Assembly (NCBI GenBank): GCA_034723415.1
Contig: JAYEOX010000109.1
Location: 8,129 to 63,808, forward strand
DNA from: Fidelibacterota bacterium
GTDB taxonomy: Bacteria; Fidelibacterota; Fidelibacteria; Fidelibacterales; Fidelibacteraceae
DNA: 55,680 nucleotides
Reading direction: 5' to 3'
Shown here: in pieces, positions 18,601 to 30,727 of the stretch
How the letters are laid out: every line of letters begins with the position of its first letter
How positions within the stretch are numbered: the first letter of the stretch is position 1
Notes under the pieces: generated by a model
The model's input: only the letters and a program-made list of their open reading frames with translations
What the model was told of the DNA's origin: nothing
The model's database searches: none
Program-made: the position numbers and the translations under genes

Positions 18601-19960
18601 TTTAAATATTTCTGATGGAAAATTAAATATTGCAATGACTAGAAATGGGAAGATATCAATTATTGATGATAATAATAGGGAATTAGCTTCATATACTGTT
18701 CCTCAAGGAGCAAAGCTAAATGTTAAAGACGGTGAAAAAATAAACCCCAAAACAATTTTATATGATTGGGATGCGTATAATGACCATATAGTATCTCGAT
18801 ATTCAGGATATGTTAAATATATTGATTTTATTGAAAATGTAACTTTTGATGAAGTGTCAGATTCCATGGGACATAAAGAATGGCAAATAATAGCATCAAA
18901 AGATAGGGATAAAACAGCTCGTATTGCAATTGTTGATAAAGATGGCAATGAGATTGGTAAACCAATTAATATGCCAGAAAGAGCTTCTATTATTGTTGAT
19001 GATGGAGATTTAGTTACTCAGGGACAAACTTTGGCTAAGCAATCTAAAGAAGGATCGCAAAGTAATGATATTACCGGTGGACTACCTCGAGTTTCAGAAT
19101 TGTTTGAGGCAAGAAACCCTAAAAATGAAGCAATAGTTAGTGAAGTAGATGGATATGTTAAATTTGATAAACTTACAAGAGGTGTTCAAACTCTAAGAAT
19201 TAAAAATGAAATTAATGAAGTATATACCTATAGAATTCCACCCGGCAAACATATTTTGGTACATGATGGTGATTATATTCGTGCAGGTGAACCTCTTTGT
19301 GATGGAGCAATACCACCAAGAAAAATTTTAGAGATCAATGGAATATTTGAAGTTCAAAAATATTTATTAAATGAGATTCAACATGTATATAGGTTGCAAG
19401 GTGTAAGTATTAATGACAAACATATTGAAGTGATCGTTAGACAAATGTTACAAAAAGTAAAAATTAATGAACCAGGTGATACAGAATTATTAAGTGGTGA
19501 TAGGATCAATAGACAAGAAGTTCATAAAATTAATGAGGACATGAGAAATAAGGTTATAATTATTGAAAGTGGTGATACTGATTTAGTAGAAGGTAAATTG
19601 TATTCATTTAATGAAGTTAGAAAAATCAATGCTGATAAAAGCAAAAAAGAACAAGCAAAGTATGAAGATGCAAAACCTGCTACATTTGATAATTTACTAT
19701 TAGGTATTACAAGAGCATCATTAAATACTGAAAGTTTTATTTCAGCGGCATCATTTCAAGAGACAACAAGAGTTCTCTCTGATGCAGCTGTAATGGGAAA
19801 AACTGATTATCTAAAAGGATTGAAAGAAAATATTATAATGGGACGATTAATTCCCGCTGGGACAGGACAAAAGAAAAATAATAATATTTTTATCAAAGAA
19901 AAAGAAGTTTACAATAATGACGAAGAGGTCGAAACTGAAGCAAGTATTGAAAGTATATAA
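15695..19960 (+). CDS. rpoC: RNA polymerase beta' subunit (TTG start)
   Basis: Zn ribbon [26 protein letters not shown] trigger loop. Confidence 0.99.
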   Translation: MNLTYKKDFQAKKSFEKIAIKLSSPESILNKSHGEVLKPETINYRSYKPEKDGLFCEKIFGPVKDWECHCGKYKRIRYKGIVCDRCGVEVTQKKVRRERMGHIALAVPVVHIWYLKSIPSKLGHLLGISAKKLEQIIYYESYIVTQSGKAKIDSGNKEKALQINDIVDEETYFDLSIKYGENSKEDISDEDKFIAKTGAEAIDEILSKIDISQLLEELQNRLKKTKSKTEKTAIIKRLKIVRAFKNNEDDSDMLHLNRPENMVLKVLPVIPPELRPLVPLEGGRFAASDLNDLYRRVIIRNNRLKQLISIQAPDVILRNEKRMLQEAVDSLFDNKRRRTAVRSGTRRPLKSLSDMLNGKEGRFRQNLLGKRVDYSGRSVIVVAPELKLHQCGIPKLMATELFKPHIIHELLLREYATNVKNAKIMVEQRSPEVMGLLEYVVKDHPVLLNRAPTLHRLGIQAFQPILVDGKAIRLHPLVCSAFNADFDGDQMAVHVPLSYEAIIEAKMLMMSNNNILHPASGKPITIPTQDMVLGIYYITGMRSKQEGEGTIFSSIDEAIFAFENNRIGIQAKVKLFYEQNILETTMGRIILNNIIPKGMPFYNELITKKKLEDIISNCIVIVGKEKTTEFLDELKDLGFLYATKSGVSIAIDDVRIPEDKFEIIARTQKIVDTINAKRRKGVLTENERYNKVIDAWSKTTDEVQASMDSKLQKDEEGFNSVFIMSDSGARGSKDQIKQLAGMRGLMNKPQKALSGGIGEIIETPIISNFKEGLSVLEYFISTHGARKGLSDTALKTADAGYLTRRLVDVSQDVVVREVDCGTINGIDVKRLVEGDNEIETLYERINGRTVLDDVIDPITDEVLAEADELIEDNVARKINDSNVESVRIRSVLTCEAKEGVCAKCYGNNLATNNLVNIGEAVGIMAAQSIGEPGTQLTLRTFHIGGTASRLIEESHQPGRYDGTVKYSSNLNISDGKLNIAMTRNGKISIIDDNNRELASYTVPQGAKLNVKDGEKINPKTILYDWDAYNDHIVSRYSGYVKYIDFIENVTFDEVSDSMGHKEWQIIASKDRDKTARIAIVDKDGNEIGKPINMPERASIIVDDGDLVTQGQTLAKQSKEGSQSNDITGGLPRVSELFEARNPKNEAIVSEVDGYVKFDKLTRGVQTLRIKNEINEVYTYRIPPGKHILVHDGDYIRAGEPLCDGAIPPRKILEINGIFEVQKYLLNEIQHVYRLQGVSINDKHIEVIVRQMLQKVKINEPGDTELLSGDRINRQEVHKINEDMRNKVIIIESGDTDLVEGKLYSFNEVRKINADKSKKEQAKYEDAKPATFDNLLLGITRASLNTESFISAASFQETTRVLSDAAVMGKTDYLKGLKENIIMGRLIPAGTGQKKNNNIFIKEKEVYNNDEEVETEASIESI

Positions 19961-19974
19961 AAATAATAAAATGG

Positions 19975-20003
19975 TTGCAATTTGTTAAATATTGTATTAT
20001 ACT
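19975..20003 (+). promoter_or_regulatory. sigma70-type promoter of the str operon
   Basis: TTGCAA-17 bp-TATACT, ending 28 nt before the rpsL ATG. Confidence 0.7.
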
Positions 20004-20031
20004 TATTAGCTATTATAAAAACGAGGAAATT

Positions 20032-20403
20032 ATGCCAACTATAAATCAATTGGTCAGAAAAAGTAGAAAAAAAATTGTCAAAAAACATAAAGTGCGCGCA
20101 CTTAAGGGAAGTCCTCAAAAACGAGGAGTTTGTACTCGTGTATATACAACTACACCTAAAAAACCGAACTCTGCTCTACGGAAAGTAGCTCGTATTCGTT
20201 TAACAAGTGGAATAGAAGTAAGTGCTTATATTCCGGGGGAAGGGCATAATTTACAAGAACATTCTATTGTTTTAATTGAAGGCGGCCGTGTAAAAGATTT
20301 ACCGGGAGTTAGGTACCATATTGTAAGAGGTACTTTAGATACTGCAGGTGTTGTTGATAGAAAAAGTAGTAGATCTCGTTACGGAGTCAAAAAACCTAAA
20401 TAA
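20032..20403 (+). CDS. rpsL: 30S ribosomal protein S12
   Basis: [32 protein letters not shown]. Confidence 0.98.
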   Translation: MPTINQLVRKSRKKIVKKHKVRALKGSPQKRGVCTRVYTTTPKKPNSALRKVARIRLTSGIEVSAYIPGEGHNLQEHSIVLIEGGRVKDLPGVRYHIVRGTLDTAGVVDRKSSRSRYGVKKPK

Positions 20404-20416
20404 GGATAAAAATTAA

Positions 20417-20884
20417 ATGTCAAGAAGAAATAGACCACAAAAAAGAGAAATACTATCAGATCCAAAGTATGATTCAAAGATAATATCAAAATTTATTAAT
20501 AATTTAATGAATGATGGTAAAAAAGGTATCGCAGAAAATATTATTTATGATGCTTTAGATATTGTTAAAGAAAAAACAAAAGGAGATAGTTTAGAGTTGT
20601 TTCAAAAGGCTTTAGATAATGTCGCACCTGTTTTGGAAATAAAATCAAAAAGAATTGGTGGAGCAACTTATCAGGTACCAATAGAAGTTCGCCATAATAG
20701 AAGATATGCCTTAGCAATGCGTTGGATTATCCAATTTGCAAATGCAAGAAAAGGTAATAGTATGGCTGAAAAAATAGCAAGTGAAATGATGGAAGCTTCT
20801 AAAAATGAAGGTAATTCAATAAGAAAGAAAAATGATGTACATAGAATGGCTGAAGCAAATAAAGCATTTGCTCAATTTGGATAA
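20417..20884 (+). CDS. rpsG: 30S ribosomal protein S7
   Basis: GGATYQVP, HRMAEANKAF. Confidence 0.98.
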   Translation: MSRRNRPQKREILSDPKYDSKIISKFINNLMNDGKKGIAENIIYDALDIVKEKTKGDSLELFQKALDNVAPVLEIKSKRIGGATYQVPIEVRHNRRYALAMRWIIQFANARKGNSMAEKIASEMMEASKNEGNSIRKKNDVHRMAEANKAFAQFG

Positions 20885-20902
20885 GAATAAAAAAGTAATA
20901 AG

Positions 20903-22984
20903 ATGAAATTAGTAAAACTATCAAAACTTCGCAACATCGGGATAATGGCACATATAGATGCCGGTAAGACGACTACGACTGAAAGAATATTATATTATAC
21001 CGGTCGTTCTCATCGTATTGGGGAAGTTCATGATGGTAATGCTGTTATGGATTGGATGAAACAAGAAAGAGAGCGTGGAATTACTATAACATCCGCTGCA
21101 ACTACATGCGATTGGGGTGATAATCGTATTAATATTATTGATACTCCGGGGCACGTTGATTTTACTGCTGAAGTTGAACGCTCGTTGAGGGTTTTAGATG
21201 GTGCAGTAGCAATTTTTTGTGGAGTCGGGGGTGTTGAACCGCAATCAGAAACAGTATGGAGACAAGCAGATAAATATAATGTGCCAAGAATTGCTTTTGT
21301 AAATAAAATGGATCGTACAGGCGCTGATTATTATTATGTTGTAAATATGATTAAAGAACGATTAAAATCTAATCCATTACCAATTTTTTTACCGATTGGA
21401 ACAGGAGAATTGTTCACAGGTATTGTCGATTTAATTAATATGAGATCAATTTTATATAATAACGAATCTTTTGGATCTGAATTTGAGTATGGAGATATTC
21501 CGAAAGATATGGTGGATGTTGTAGAAAAACATCGTTATCATTTATTGGAGGAAGTTGCTTCTTATAATGATGAATTGTTAGAAAAGTATTTAAATGGTGA
21601 AAAGTTAAAAACAGAAGAAATAATTAGTGCACTTAGAGAAGGTACCTTAAAGGGTGATATTATTCCTGTTATAGCCGGTTCGGCTTTTAAAAATAAAGGA
21701 ATTCAAGAAGTACTTAATGCGATAATAAACTATTTACCTTCACCACTTGATGTACAAGATATTAAAGGGGTTGATTCCAAAACTCAAAAAAGTGTTGAAG
21801 TTAAATCCAATATTGATGGCCCGATGGTTGCTTTGGCATTTAAACTAATGACTGACCCGTATGTAGGAAAATTAACTTATTTAAGAATTTATTCCGGAGT
21901 ATTAAAGTCCGGAGAATATATTTATAATACAATTACCGATAAAAAAGAACGCGTCGCTCGTATTCTTAGAATGCATGCCAACAAACGAGAAGATCTTAAA
22001 GAAGCATATGCCGGAGATATTGTTGCTGTGATTGGTTTAAAAAATACTCAAACAGGGAATACGCTAACAAATGAAAATGGTAGTATTGTTTTAGAAAAAA
22101 TGGTTTTTCCCGAGCCGGTAATTAGTGTGGCTATTGAGCCTGCATCGAAAGCAGATCAAGAAGCTTTATTTGATGGATTAACTAAGCTGTCTGACGAAGA
22201 TCCGACTTTTGTAATTAAAAGTGATAAAGATACAGGACAAACAGTTATTTGGGGAATGGGGGAATTGCATTTAGAGATTATCGTTGATAGATTAAAAAGA
22301 GAATTTAATGTAAATGCACATGTTGGGAATCCACAAGTTGCATATAAAGAAGCAATAACTAAGAAAGTTGAAATCAATAAGAGATTTGTTAAACAGACTG
22401 GTGGAAAGGGGCAATATGCTCATGTAGTAATGTCAGTATTTCCAAATAAAAGAGGGGTGGGATATACATTCGAGAGTAAAATAAAAGGTGGAGCAATTCC
22501 AAAGGAATATATTTCATCGGTTGATAAAGGAATTCAAGAAGTTTGTAAATCTGGTGTTTTAGCTGGATATGAAGTGCAAGATGTCGGGGTAGAATTAACT
22601 GATGGTTCTTATCATGAAGTAGATTCATCTGAGATGGCTTTTAAAGTAGCCGGTTCTTTAGCAGCAAAAGAAGCTTTAAGAAAAGCTAAACAAGTGTTAT
22701 TAGAGCCGATTATGTCGTTGGAAGTAACAGTTCCAGAACAATATTTAGGTGATGTGATGGGTGATATATCTTCTCGTAGGGGGAAAATAAAAGGAATAAA
22801 CCCAAGAAATGATGTGCAAGTTGTAAATGCCAATGTCCCACTTTCTGAAATGTTTGGTTATTCTACTGATTTGAGATCACTGACACAAGGAAGATCAATA
22901 TTTACGATGCAATCTGACAATTATGAACAAGTTCCAAAATCAATAGAAGATAAATTATTAGAAAAAATATATGGGAAAATATAG
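20903..22984 (+). CDS. fusA: Elongation factor G
   Basis: [29 protein letters not shown]. Confidence 0.99.
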   Translation: MKLVKLSKLRNIGIMAHIDAGKTTTTERILYYTGRSHRIGEVHDGNAVMDWMKQERERGITITSAATTCDWGDNRINIIDTPGHVDFTAEVERSLRVLDGAVAIFCGVGGVEPQSETVWRQADKYNVPRIAFVNKMDRTGADYYYVVNMIKERLKSNPLPIFLPIGTGELFTGIVDLINMRSILYNNESFGSEFEYGDIPKDMVDVVEKHRYHLLEEVASYNDELLEKYLNGEKLKTEEIISALREGTLKGDIIPVIAGSAFKNKGIQEVLNAIINYLPSPLDVQDIKGVDSKTQKSVEVKSNIDGPMVALAFKLMTDPYVGKLTYLRIYSGVLKSGEYIYNTITDKKERVARILRMHANKREDLKEAYAGDIVAVIGLKNTQTGNTLTNENGSIVLEKMVFPEPVISVAIEPASKADQEALFDGLTKLSDEDPTFVIKSDKDTGQTVIWGMGELHLEIIVDRLKREFNVNAHVGNPQVAYKEAITKKVEINKRFVKQTGGKGQYAHVVMSVFPNKRGVGYTFESKIKGGAIPKEYISSVDKGIQEVCKSGVLAGYEVQDVGVELTDGSYHEVDSSEMAFKVAGSLAAKEALRKAKQVLLEPIMSLEVTVPEQYLGDVMGDISSRRGKIKGINPRNDVQVVNANVPLSEMFGYSTDLRSLTQGRSIFTMQSDNYEQVPKSIEDKLLEKIYGKI

Positions 22985-22995
22985 GAGATAGAGTT

Positions 22996-24192
22996 ATGGC
23001 AAAAGAGAAGTATGATAGAAGTTTACCGCATGTCAATATAGGTACGATAGGTCATGTAGATCATGGTAAAACGACATTGACAGCAGCGATAACGTATGTA
23101 TTGAATAAGAAATACGGTAAGGGAGATGTAAGGTCATTTGATAGTATAGATAATGCTCCTGAAGAGCGAGAACGAGGTATAACAATAGCGACAGCGCATG
23201 TAGAATATAATACAGACAACAGGCATTATGCACATGTAGATTGTCCGGGACATGCGGATTATATAAAAAACATGATAACGGGAGCGGCTCAGATGGATGG
23301 AGCGATATTGGTGGTAAGTGCAGCAGATGGCCCGATGCCCCAGACAAGAGAACATGTATTATTGGCTCGTCAGGTAAATGTACCATCTATGGTAGTATTT
23401 ATGAATAAGGTAGATATGGTAGATGATGATGAGTTATTGGATTTAGTAGATATGGAATTAAGAGAGTTATTAGATGAATATGAATTTCCAGGTGATGACA
23501 CCCCAATAATAAGAGGGAGTGCATTAGAAGCATTAAATAATCCTGAAGATCCTGAGAAGACAAAATGTATATTTGAATTAATGGAAGCAGTAGATAGTTT
23601 TATACCAGAGCCGAAGCGAGATGTAGAAAAGGATTTTTTGATGCCGATAGAGGATGTATTTTCGATAACCGGCCGTGGGACAGTAGGTACAGGCAGGATA
23701 GAGCGAGGTGTTATACATGTAGGAGATGCGGTAGAATTAGTAGGAATAGAAGAAGAGACAAAGAAGACAGTAGTAACAGGTATAGAGATGTTTCGCAAGT
23801 TATTAGATGAAGGTCAGGCAGGAGATAATGCAGGTATATTATTGCGAGGCATAGACAAGGAATATTTGAAGCGAGGGATGGTAGTAGCGAAACCAGGTTC
23901 GATAACCCCACATAAAGAATTCAAGGCATCGATATATGTATTAAAGAAAGACGAAGGTGGACGTCACACACCATTTATGAAAGGTTATCGTCCTCAGTTT
24001 TATTTTCGCACCACAGATGTAACAGGTGAGATATTTTTACCTGAAGGACGCGAGATGGTAATGCCCGGCGACAATGTACATATTGATGTAAAATTAATAG
24101 AGCCGATAGCAATGGAGAAGGAATTACGCTTTGCAATACGCGAGGGTGGTAGAACAGTAGGTGCTGGTGTAGTAACAGAAATTATTGAGTAA
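22996..24192 (+). CDS. tuf: Elongation factor Tu (copy 2)
   Basis: Protein identical to copy 1; no nucleotide difference found by eye. Confidence 0.99.
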   Translation: MAKEKYDRSLPHVNIGTIGHVDHGKTTLTAAITYVLNKKYGKGDVRSFDSIDNAPEERERGITIATAHVEYNTDNRHYAHVDCPGHADYIKNMITGAAQMDGAILVVSAADGPMPQTREHVLLARQVNVPSMVVFMNKVDMVDDDELLDLVDMELRELLDEYEFPGDDTPIIRGSALEALNNPEDPEKTKCIFELMEAVDSFIPEPKRDVEKDFLMPIEDVFSITGRGTVGTGRIERGVIHVGDAVELVGIEEETKKTVVTGIEMFRKLLDEGQAGDNAGILLRGIDKEYLKRGMVVAKPGSITPHKEFKASIYVLKKDEGGRHTPFMKGYRPQFYFRTTDVTGEIFLPEGREMVMPGDNVHIDVKLIEPIAMEKELRFAIREGGRTVGAGVVTEIIE

Positions 24193-24203
24193 AAGGATAA
24201 ATC

Positions 24204-24512
24204 ATGGCTGGACAAAAAATTAAAATAGCTCTTAAATCTTATGATCATAATCTGTTAGATAAATCAACAGAGAAAATAGTGAGGAAGGCAAAGTCAACAG
24301 GTGCCGTGATTTCAGGTCCGATACCTTTGCCGACTAAGAGATCAGTTTATACTGTATTGAAGTCACCTCATGTAAATAAGAAAGCAAGAGAACAATTTCA
24401 AATGAAAGTACATAAAAGAATTATTGAAATACTAAATACTACAACCAAAACAATTGATGAATTGATGAAATTAGATTTGCCAGCTGGTGTAGATATTGAA
24501 ATAAAGGTGTAG
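24204..24512 (+). CDS. rpsJ: 30S ribosomal protein S10
   Basis: [19 protein letters not shown]. Confidence 0.98.
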   Translation: MAGQKIKIALKSYDHNLLDKSTEKIVRKAKSTGAVISGPIPLPTKRSVYTVLKSPHVNKKAREQFQMKVHKRIIEILNTTTKTIDELMKLDLPAGVDIEIKV

Positions 24513-24515
24513 ATT

Positions 24516-25139
24516 GTGGAAGGAATAATAGGAAAAAAAATAGGTCAAGCTAGAATATTTGATGAATATGGTGAAAATATTCCAGTAACTGTAATAGAAG
24601 CTGGGCCATGTTATATCACACAGGTTAAAACCAAAGAAGTGAATGGGTATTCTTCTATTCAATTAGGATATAAGGAAGTAAAAGATAATCGTCTAAACAA
24701 GCCAAAACTTGGACATTTAAAAAAAGCAGGAAAAACGCTTAAAATACTAAAAGAATTTTTAATATTAGATAAAAAGAAATATAAAACTGGTGATAAGATT
24801 ACTGTTGAAATATTCAATCTTGGCGATAAAATAAATGTAACTGGGACTTCTAAAGGTAAAGGCTTTCAAGGTGTTATGAGAAGACACGGACATCACGGTG
24901 GTCAAGCAACTCATGGCCAAAGTGATAGATTAAGAGCTCCAGGTTCAATAGGTGCCAGTTCTGATCCATCAAGAGTTTGGAAAGGTATGAAAATGCCAGG
25001 ACATACAGGTGATGAAAAAGTAACTATCAAAAATTTAGATGTTGTTAAAATAGACAAAAAAGAAAATTTATTATTTGTAAAGGGTTCAGTACCCGGTGCA
25101 AAAAATTGTATTCTTAAGGTGATTAAGGCAAGGGTATAA
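24516..25139 (+). CDS. rplC: 50S ribosomal protein L3 (GTG start)
   Basis: PVTVIEAGP, SKGKGFQG, RAPGSIG. Confidence 0.98.
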   Translation: MEGIIGKKIGQARIFDEYGENIPVTVIEAGPCYITQVKTKEVNGYSSIQLGYKEVKDNRLNKPKLGHLKKAGKTLKILKEFLILDKKKYKTGDKITVEIFNLGDKINVTGTSKGKGFQGVMRRHGHHGGQATHGQSDRLRAPGSIGASSDPSRVWKGMKMPGHTGDEKVTIKNLDVVKIDKKENLLFVKGSVPGAKNCILKVIKARV

Positions 25140-25141
25140 TA

Positions 25142-25771
25142 ATGAAATATGATATTGTAAATAGTAATGGAAATAAAGTAAAAGAAAAAGTTGAATTGTC
25201 TTCAGCGGTTTTTAAGATAGAACCTAACGATCATTCTTTGTATCTTTCTATTAATGCCGAATTGTCAAACATGAGACAAGGAACGCATAAAACAAAAACT
25301 AAGGGAGAAGTTAGAGGTGGCGGTCGCAAACCGAGAAAGCAAAAAGGGAGTGGCATGGCTCGTGCCGGAAGTAACTCTTCTCCAATATGGGTCGGTGGTG
25401 GAACCACTTTTGGTCCTACTCCACACAAATACCGTAAAAAAATATCAAAAAAATTAAAGGTATTAGCAAGACGAAGTGCATTTAGTTACAAGTTAAAAGA
25501 CAAAGAAATGATAGTTATTGATTCTATTAAGTTAAAATCTCATAAAACGAGTGAACTTATTGAAATTTTTAAAAATTTAGAAATATTAGATAAAAAAGTT
25601 ACAATACTTGTAAGTGAGTTAGATGAAAATATTCTTTTAGCTTCACGAAATATACCTAAATTATTTTTATCAAAAGCGGAATTTGTTTCTGCCTACGATA
25701 TTGTTGATAATGAAATACTATTAATTGAAAAAGCAGCAATAGAGAAAATTAATTCTCTATGGGGAAAATAG
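25142..25771 (+). CDS. rplD: 50S ribosomal protein L4
   Basis: RQGTH, QKGSGMARAG, GGGTTFGP. Confidence 0.97.
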   Translation: MKYDIVNSNGNKVKEKVELSSAVFKIEPNDHSLYLSINAELSNMRQGTHKTKTKGEVRGGGRKPRKQKGSGMARAGSNSSPIWVGGGTTFGPTPHKYRKKISKKLKVLARRSAFSYKLKDKEMIVIDSIKLKSHKTSELIEIFKNLEILDKKVTILVSELDENILLASRNIPKLFLSKAEFVSAYDIVDNEILLIEKAAIEKINSLWGK

Positions 25772-25779
25772 GTGATAAA

Positions 25780-26106
25780 TTGAATTTGAAAAAAAGACAT
25801 ATTCTTCAAAAACCGATATTAACAGAAAAAATTACAGCACTTTCTGATACAGAAAATAAATATGCATTTCAAGTGGATAAAAAAAGCAATAAACATCAAA
25901 TAAAGATAGCAGTTGAAAACAGATTTGATGTAAAAGTTGAAAGGGTGGCAGTAATAAATTTACATGGAAAAACAAAAAGTTTGACAATTAGAAGTGGTGG
26001 AAAAGTAATAAGAACTTCTGGTAAGACATCAAGTAAGAAAAAAGCAATAGTTACCATTAGAAAAGATCAAAAAATTGATTTATTTGAAGGTGATTTAGCA
26101 GTATAA
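25780..26106 (+). CDS. rplW: 50S ribosomal protein L23 (probable TTG start)
   Basis: PILTEK, KKAIVT; AGGTGA SD before TTG 25780. Confidence 0.93.
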   Translation: MNLKKRHILQKPILTEKITALSDTENKYAFQVDKKSNKHQIKIAVENRFDVKVERVAVINLHGKTKSLTIRSGGKVIRTSGKTSSKKKAIVTIRKDQKIDLFEGDLAV

Positions 26107-26122
26107 ATTATGGGAATTATCA

Positions 26123-26965
26123 ATGGCATTAAAAAAATATAGACCAAAAACACCGGGACTTCGTTACAAAACGACGTTAAAATATGAAGAGTTAACTAAA
26201 AAACCTTCAGAGAAAAGATTAACTAAATCTAAATCTTCATCAGGTGGTAGAAATAATAATGGTAGAATGACCAGTAGACGTAGAGGTGGAGGTCATAAAA
26301 GGAAATATCGAATTATAGATTTTAAAAGAAATAAATTTGATATTTCAGCAAAAGTAGTTGCAATAGAATATGATCCGAACAGATCGGCTAATATTGCTTT
26401 ACTTGTTTACGAAGATGGAGAAAAAAGATACATATTAGCACCAGATAATCTTAAGATAAATGATAGAGTTATGGCAAGTGAAAATGCTCCTATTAAGATA
26501 GGAAATTCATTAAAATTGAAAAATATTCCATCGGGATATACAGTACATAATATTGAAATGAAACCTGGTAAAGGCGGACAGATTGCAAGGGGATCAGGTG
26601 CTGGAGCAAAAATTCTTGCAAGTGAAGGAAAATATGTATCATTGAAATTGCCATCTGGAGAAATAAGAAAAATATTGCAAGAATGTTTTGCTACTTTAGG
26701 AAAAATTGGCAATAGTGATTTTAATAATGTGGTACAAGGTAAAGCAGGCAGAAATCGTTGGCGAGGAAAAAGGCCTAAAGTTCGTGGTGTAGCAATGAAC
26801 CCAGTTGATCATCCAATGGGTGGTGGTGAAGGTAGAAGCTCTGGTGGTGGGCATCCAAGAACTCCATGGGGAAAAATTACCAAAGGTTATAAGACCAGAA
26901 AGAAAAAGAATTCTTCAAATAAATATATTGTAAGTCGTAGGAAAAAGAAAAATAAAAGAGGATAA
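26123..26965 (+). CDS. rplB: 50S ribosomal protein L2
   Basis: [28 protein letters not shown]. Confidence 0.99.
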   Translation: MALKKYRPKTPGLRYKTTLKYEELTKKPSEKRLTKSKSSSGGRNNNGRMTSRRRGGGHKRKYRIIDFKRNKFDISAKVVAIEYDPNRSANIALLVYEDGEKRYILAPDNLKINDRVMASENAPIKIGNSLKLKNIPSGYTVHNIEMKPGKGGQIARGSGAGAKILASEGKYVSLKLPSGEIRKILQECFATLGKIGNSDFNNVVQGKAGRNRWRGKRPKVRGVAMNPVDHPMGGGEGRSSGGGHPRTPWGKITKGYKTRKKKNSSNKYIVSRRKKKNKRG

Positions 26966-26970
26966 TATTC

Positions 26971-27264
26971 ATGTCACGATCCATTAAAAAAGGTCCATAT
27001 ATTGATTCGAAATTGGAAAAAAAGGTTGAAAAAATGTCCAAATCGGGTAAACAAAAAGTAATAAAAATCTGGTCAAGAAGATCAACAATATTGCCAGCTT
27101 TTGTTGGAATTACTTTTGCTGTACATAATGGCAGAAAGTTTATTCCCGTATATGTTACTGAAAATATGGTAGGGCACAAATTCGGTGAATTTTCTCCTAC
27201 TAGAATTTTTAGAGGGCATTCTAAAAGAGGTTCAAAGATTAAAGAAACGGAAGATAGAGTTTAA
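26971..27264 (+). CDS. rpsS: 30S ribosomal protein S19
   Basis: [19 protein letters not shown]. Confidence 0.98.
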   Translation: MSRSIKKGPYIDSKLEKKVEKMSKSGKQKVIKIWSRRSTILPAFVGITFAVHNGRKFIPVYVTENMVGHKFGEFSPTRIFRGHSKRGSKIKETEDRV

Positions 27265-27285
27265 AATGATAAGGGATATTATATA

Positions 27286-27669
27286 ATGGAAGGTAAAGCA
27301 GTAAATAAATATGTTTCACAAAGTGCTAAAAAAATTAAGCCATTGTTGGATCAAATTAGAGGTAAAAAAGTAGAGCAAGTATTAAACACTCTTCATTTTA
27401 TGCCTCAAAAAGCAGCAAGGATAACAGAAAATGTTCTTCACTCTGCGGTATCAAATATTCTTAATAAAGATGATGGCGGTGATATAAATCCTGAAGAATT
27501 AATAATTAAATTAGCTTTTGTTAATAAAGGACCAACTGGAAGAAATTCAATGAGAATTAGGCCACGAGCAATGGGAAGAGCATATTTTATTAGAAAACAT
27601 TCTTGTCATTTGACAATAGAAGTCGAGTTGCCAAAATATGAAAAAGATAATATTGGAAAAAAGGAGTAA
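27286..27669 (+). CDS. rplV: 50S ribosomal protein L22
   Basis: IRGK, SAVSN, RPRAMGRA; synteny. Confidence 0.96.
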   Translation: MEGKAVNKYVSQSAKKIKPLLDQIRGKKVEQVLNTLHFMPQKAARITENVLHSAVSNILNKDDGGDINPEELIIKLAFVNKGPTGRNSMRIRPRAMGRAYFIRKHSCHLTIEVELPKYEKDNIGKKE

Positions 27670-27672
27670 ATC

Positions 27673-28302
27673 TTGGGTCAAAAAACACATCCATATGGAT
27701 TTAGGTTAGGAATAACTACAAAATGGACATCTAATTGGTTTGATGAAAGGAATTTTGCAGATAAAATTAAAGAAGATACAATGCTGAGAAAATATATTGG
27801 CAGTCGATTAAAGGATGCGAGTGTTTCTAAAATTGAAATTCAGAGAACATCAAAATTGATTACACTTGGAATTAATACTGCAAGGCCGGGTATTGTTATA
27901 GGGTCTAAAGGAAAAGAAGTAAATAAATTAAGAGAAGAAATTAAAAAACTGACACAATTAGATGTGCAAGTTAATGTAGTTGAAATAAAGAGACCGGAAT
28001 TAGATGCATATATTGTTGGTGAGAATATTGCAAATCAATTAAAGAAAAAGATATCATTTAGAAGAATTATGAAACAATCTATTCAAAATACAATGAGAAT
28101 GGGAGCTGTTGGTATAAAAATTCGATTAGCAGGTAGATTAGGTGGCGCTGAAATGGCACGAGTGGAAAATGCACATGAAGGGAAAGTACCATTACATACT
28201 TTAAGATCAAAAATAGATTATGCAAGTGTAACTTCATTTACTTCCTATGGTTGTATTGGAGTTAAGGTATGGATCTGTAATGGTGAAGACCAGACTATTT
28301 AA
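27673..28302 (+). CDS. rpsC: 30S ribosomal protein S3 (TTG start)
   Basis: [24 protein letters not shown]. Confidence 0.98.
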   Translation: MGQKTHPYGFRLGITTKWTSNWFDERNFADKIKEDTMLRKYIGSRLKDASVSKIEIQRTSKLITLGINTARPGIVIGSKGKEVNKLREEIKKLTQLDVQVNVVEIKRPELDAYIVGENIANQLKKKISFRRIMKQSIQNTMRMGAVGIKIRLAGRLGGAEMARVENAHEGKVPLHTLRSKIDYASVTSFTSYGCIGVKVWICNGEDQTI

Positions 28303-28328
28303 AAATTATTTATTATAAGGTTATTGTT

Positions 28329-28748
28329 ATGTTAATACCAAGAAAAGTTAAATATAGAAGACAACACAGAGGTAGAAGAGCTGGAAATGCTACTCGTGGA
28401 GCTGAAGTGAATTTTGGCCAATATGGTTTAAAGGCATTAGAAGATGGTTGGATTACAAGCAGACAAATTGAGGCGGCTCGTGTTGCAATAGCACGAATAG
28501 TTAGGAAAACCGGGAAGATGTGGATTAGGGTATTTCCACATAAACCGGTTAGTAAAAAACCACTTGAGACACGACAAGGAAAAGGAAAAGGAGGTCCTGA
28601 GTTTTGGGTAGCAGTTGTGAAACCTGGAAGGATCTTGTTTGAGCTAGAAGGTGTGTCTGAAGAATTGGCAAAGAAAGCTGTAAGATTAGCAATTGACAAA
28701 TTACCAATAAAGGGGAAATTGGTAAGTAGAAGAGAATACGGAGGATAG
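28329..28748 (+). CDS. rplP: 50S ribosomal protein L16
   Basis: QIEAAR, WIRVFP, GKGKG. Confidence 0.98.
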   Translation: MLIPRKVKYRRQHRGRRAGNATRGAEVNFGQYGLKALEDGWITSRQIEAARVAIARIVRKTGKMWIRVFPHKPVSKKPLETRQGKGKGGPEFWVAVVKPGRILFELEGVSEELAKKAVRLAIDKLPIKGKLVSRREYGG

Positions 28749-28749
28749 A

Positions 28750-28953
28750 ATGTTGAAAAAAAGCGAATTAAAAGAACTGAATAAAGAGGAAGTTATAATC
28801 AAGTTATCAGATAATGAGGATGCATTAATGAATTTAAAATTTCAACATTCGTTACAGCAATTAGATAATCCGATAAGAATTAAAATGATAAAAAGAGAAA
28901 TAGCGCAGTTAAAAACAATAATTAATGAAATCAACAGTGGCATTAGAAAATAA
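28750..28953 (+). CDS. rpmC: 50S ribosomal protein L29
   Basis: LKFQ..QLDNP..KREIAQLKT; synteny. Confidence 0.93.
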   Translation: MLKKSELKELNKEEVIIKLSDNEDALMNLKFQHSLQQLDNPIRIKMIKREIAQLKTIINEINSGIRK

Positions 28954-28967
28954 CAGGAAAAATATTT

Positions 28968-29228
28968 ATGGCATTTGAAAATAAAAAAACAAGGATTGGT
29001 ATAGTTGTTAGTGATAAGATGGATAAATCTATAACAGTTCAAATTAGTCAAAAAATAAAACATCCTTGGGTTGGAAAATATATTAATAAAAGAAGTAAAT
29101 ATATGGCTGATGATCCAAGCAATGACTGTAAAATGGGTGATACGGTTAAAATTATTGAATGCAGGCCAATTAGTAAAAATAAAAGTTGGCGGTTACTAGA
29201 AATAATTAATAAATCAGCTAATATTTAA
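28968..29228 (+). CDS. rpsQ: 30S ribosomal protein S17
   Basis: [15 protein letters not shown]. Confidence 0.97.
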   Translation: MAFENKKTRIGIVVSDKMDKSITVQISQKIKHPWVGKYINKRSKYMADDPSNDCKMGDTVKIIECRPISKNKSWRLLEIINKSANI

Positions 29229-29250
29229 AAAGAATAAGAGGCAGTTTGAA

Positions 29251-29619
29251 ATGATTCAAGTAGAAAGTAGATTAAAAGTAGCAGATAATACAGGCGCGAA
29301 ACAAGTTCAATGTATTAAAGTGCCGGGTGGAACAAGACGTAGATATGCTACAATTGGAGATGTTATAGTTGTTTCAGTAAAAAAAGCAATACCAAGTGGA
29401 ACAGCCAAGAAAGGTGAAATTTATAGAGCTGTTATAGTTAGAACAAAGAAAGAAGTAGGCAGAAAAGATGGTACTTATATAAGATTTGATGAGAATGCAG
29501 CAGTATTAATTGATGAGCAAGGAGAACCAAGCGGTACTCGTATTTTTGGTCCTGTTGCACGTGAATTAAGAGCAAGTAATTTCATGAAAATAGTGTCATT
29601 AGCACCTGAAGTATTATAA
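29251..29619 (+). CDS. rplN: 50S ribosomal protein L14
   Basis: [20 protein letters not shown]. Confidence 0.99.
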   Translation: MIQVESRLKVADNTGAKQVQCIKVPGGTRRRYATIGDVIVVSVKKAIPSGTAKKGEIYRAVIVRTKKEVGRKDGTYIRFDENAAVLIDEQGEPSGTRIFGPVARELRASNFMKIVSLAPEVL

Positions 29620-29631
29620 AAGGAGTTTTAA

Positions 29632-29946
29632 GTGCATATTAAGAAAAACGATATTGTAAAGATTCTTTCTGGTAAGGATAAAGGGAAAACAGGCAAGGTT
29701 TTAAAAGTTTTCCTAAAAAGTAATAGAATAATTGTTGAAAGTGTTAATTTAGTAAAAAGACACACTAAACCAAGTCAACAAAACCAACAAGGCGGTATAA
29801 TTGAAAAAGAAGGTTCAGTTAATGCTTCCAATGCAATGTTAGTGATCAATGGGGAAGCATCTAGAACAGGAAAAAAAGTGCTTGATGATGGTAAAAAGGT
29901 ACGATATTCAAAAAAAACAGGCGAAATGGTAAGTGAAGGAAAATAA
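29632..29946 (+). CDS. rplX: 50S ribosomal protein L24 (GTG start)
   Basis: GKDKGKTG KOW motif, GGIIEKE. Confidence 0.97.
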   Translation: MHIKKNDIVKILSGKDKGKTGKVLKVFLKSNRIIVESVNLVKRHTKPSQQNQQGGIIEKEGSVNASNAMLVINGEASRTGKKVLDDGKKVRYSKKTGEMVSEGK

Positions 29947-29950
29947 GAGT

Positions 29951-30517
29951 ATGAATAAATTAGTTCCAAGATTTATTAAAAAATATAAAGAAGAAATTGT
30001 TCCATATATGAAGAAAGAATTTGGGTATAAAAATAATATGGAAATTCCAAAAATTAAAGCAATCACGGTAAGTGCCGGATTTAATGAGGAAAAAGACGAT
30101 CCAAAGAAAATTGAAAATATTATAAATGATGTTATGGCAATTACTGGTCAAAGACCTGTTTTGACGAAATCAAAAAAGGCAATTAGTAATTTTAAAATTA
30201 GAAAAGGCGATTCTGTGGGTTTAATGGTAACATTAAGAAAAAATAGGATGTATGAGTTTTTTGATAGATTGATTAGTGTTGCGATTCCACGAATTAAAGA
30301 TTTTAATGGTTTGTCAAACAAATCATTTGATGGAAATGGTAATTATTCTTTTGGATTGACAGAACAAATAATTTTTCCTGAAGTTGATTATGATAAAGTT
30401 GATCAAGTAAGGGGAATGAATATAACAATAACCACAAATGCAGATAGTGATGAAGAAGCATATAAACTTCTACTGGCATTTGGGTTTCCGATAATACAAA
30501 AAAAAAATAAGGGTTAA
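29951..30517 (+). CDS. rplE: 50S ribosomal protein L5
   Basis: [20 protein letters not shown]. Confidence 0.97.
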   Translation: MNKLVPRFIKKYKEEIVPYMKKEFGYKNNMEIPKIKAITVSAGFNEEKDDPKKIENIINDVMAITGQRPVLTKSKKAISNFKIRKGDSVGLMVTLRKNRMYEFFDRLISVAIPRIKDFNGLSNKSFDGNGNYSFGLTEQIIFPEVDYDKVDQVRGMNITITTNADSDEEAYKLLLAFGFPIIQKKNKG

Positions 30518-30525
30518 TCTCTATT

Positions 30526-30711
30526 ATGGCAAAGAAATCATTGATAGAAAAGACAAAAAAAGAACCAAAATTTTCAACAAGGAAATATACCAGGTGTTCT
30601 AAGTGTGGACGTCCAAGAGGTGTATATAAAAAATTTGGTCTTTGTCGATTGTGTTTTAGAGAAATGGCATTAAAGGGTGAAATTCCCGGAATAACAAAAG
30701 CAAGTTGGTAA
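30526..30711 (+). CDS. rpsN: 30S ribosomal protein S14 (type Z, Zn-binding)
   Basis: RCSKCGR...CRLCFR...KASW. Confidence 0.97.
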   Translation: MAKKSLIEKTKKEPKFSTRKYTRCSKCGRPRGVYKKFGLCRLCFREMALKGEIPGITKASW

Positions 30712-30727
30712 AAAGGGAAAGTAAATT

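Noticed and set aside
11859..19960. Inteins, introns or frameshifts in rpoB/rpoC
   Set aside because: ORFs are continuous and of normal length; the extra segments look like lineage-specific insertions and lack intein motifs.
19975..20031. Upstream extensions of rpsL (and likewise rplA, rplW, rplE, rplF, rpmD, rpsD)
   Set aside because: They overlap promoters or upstream genes; conserved N-termini and SDs point to later starts.
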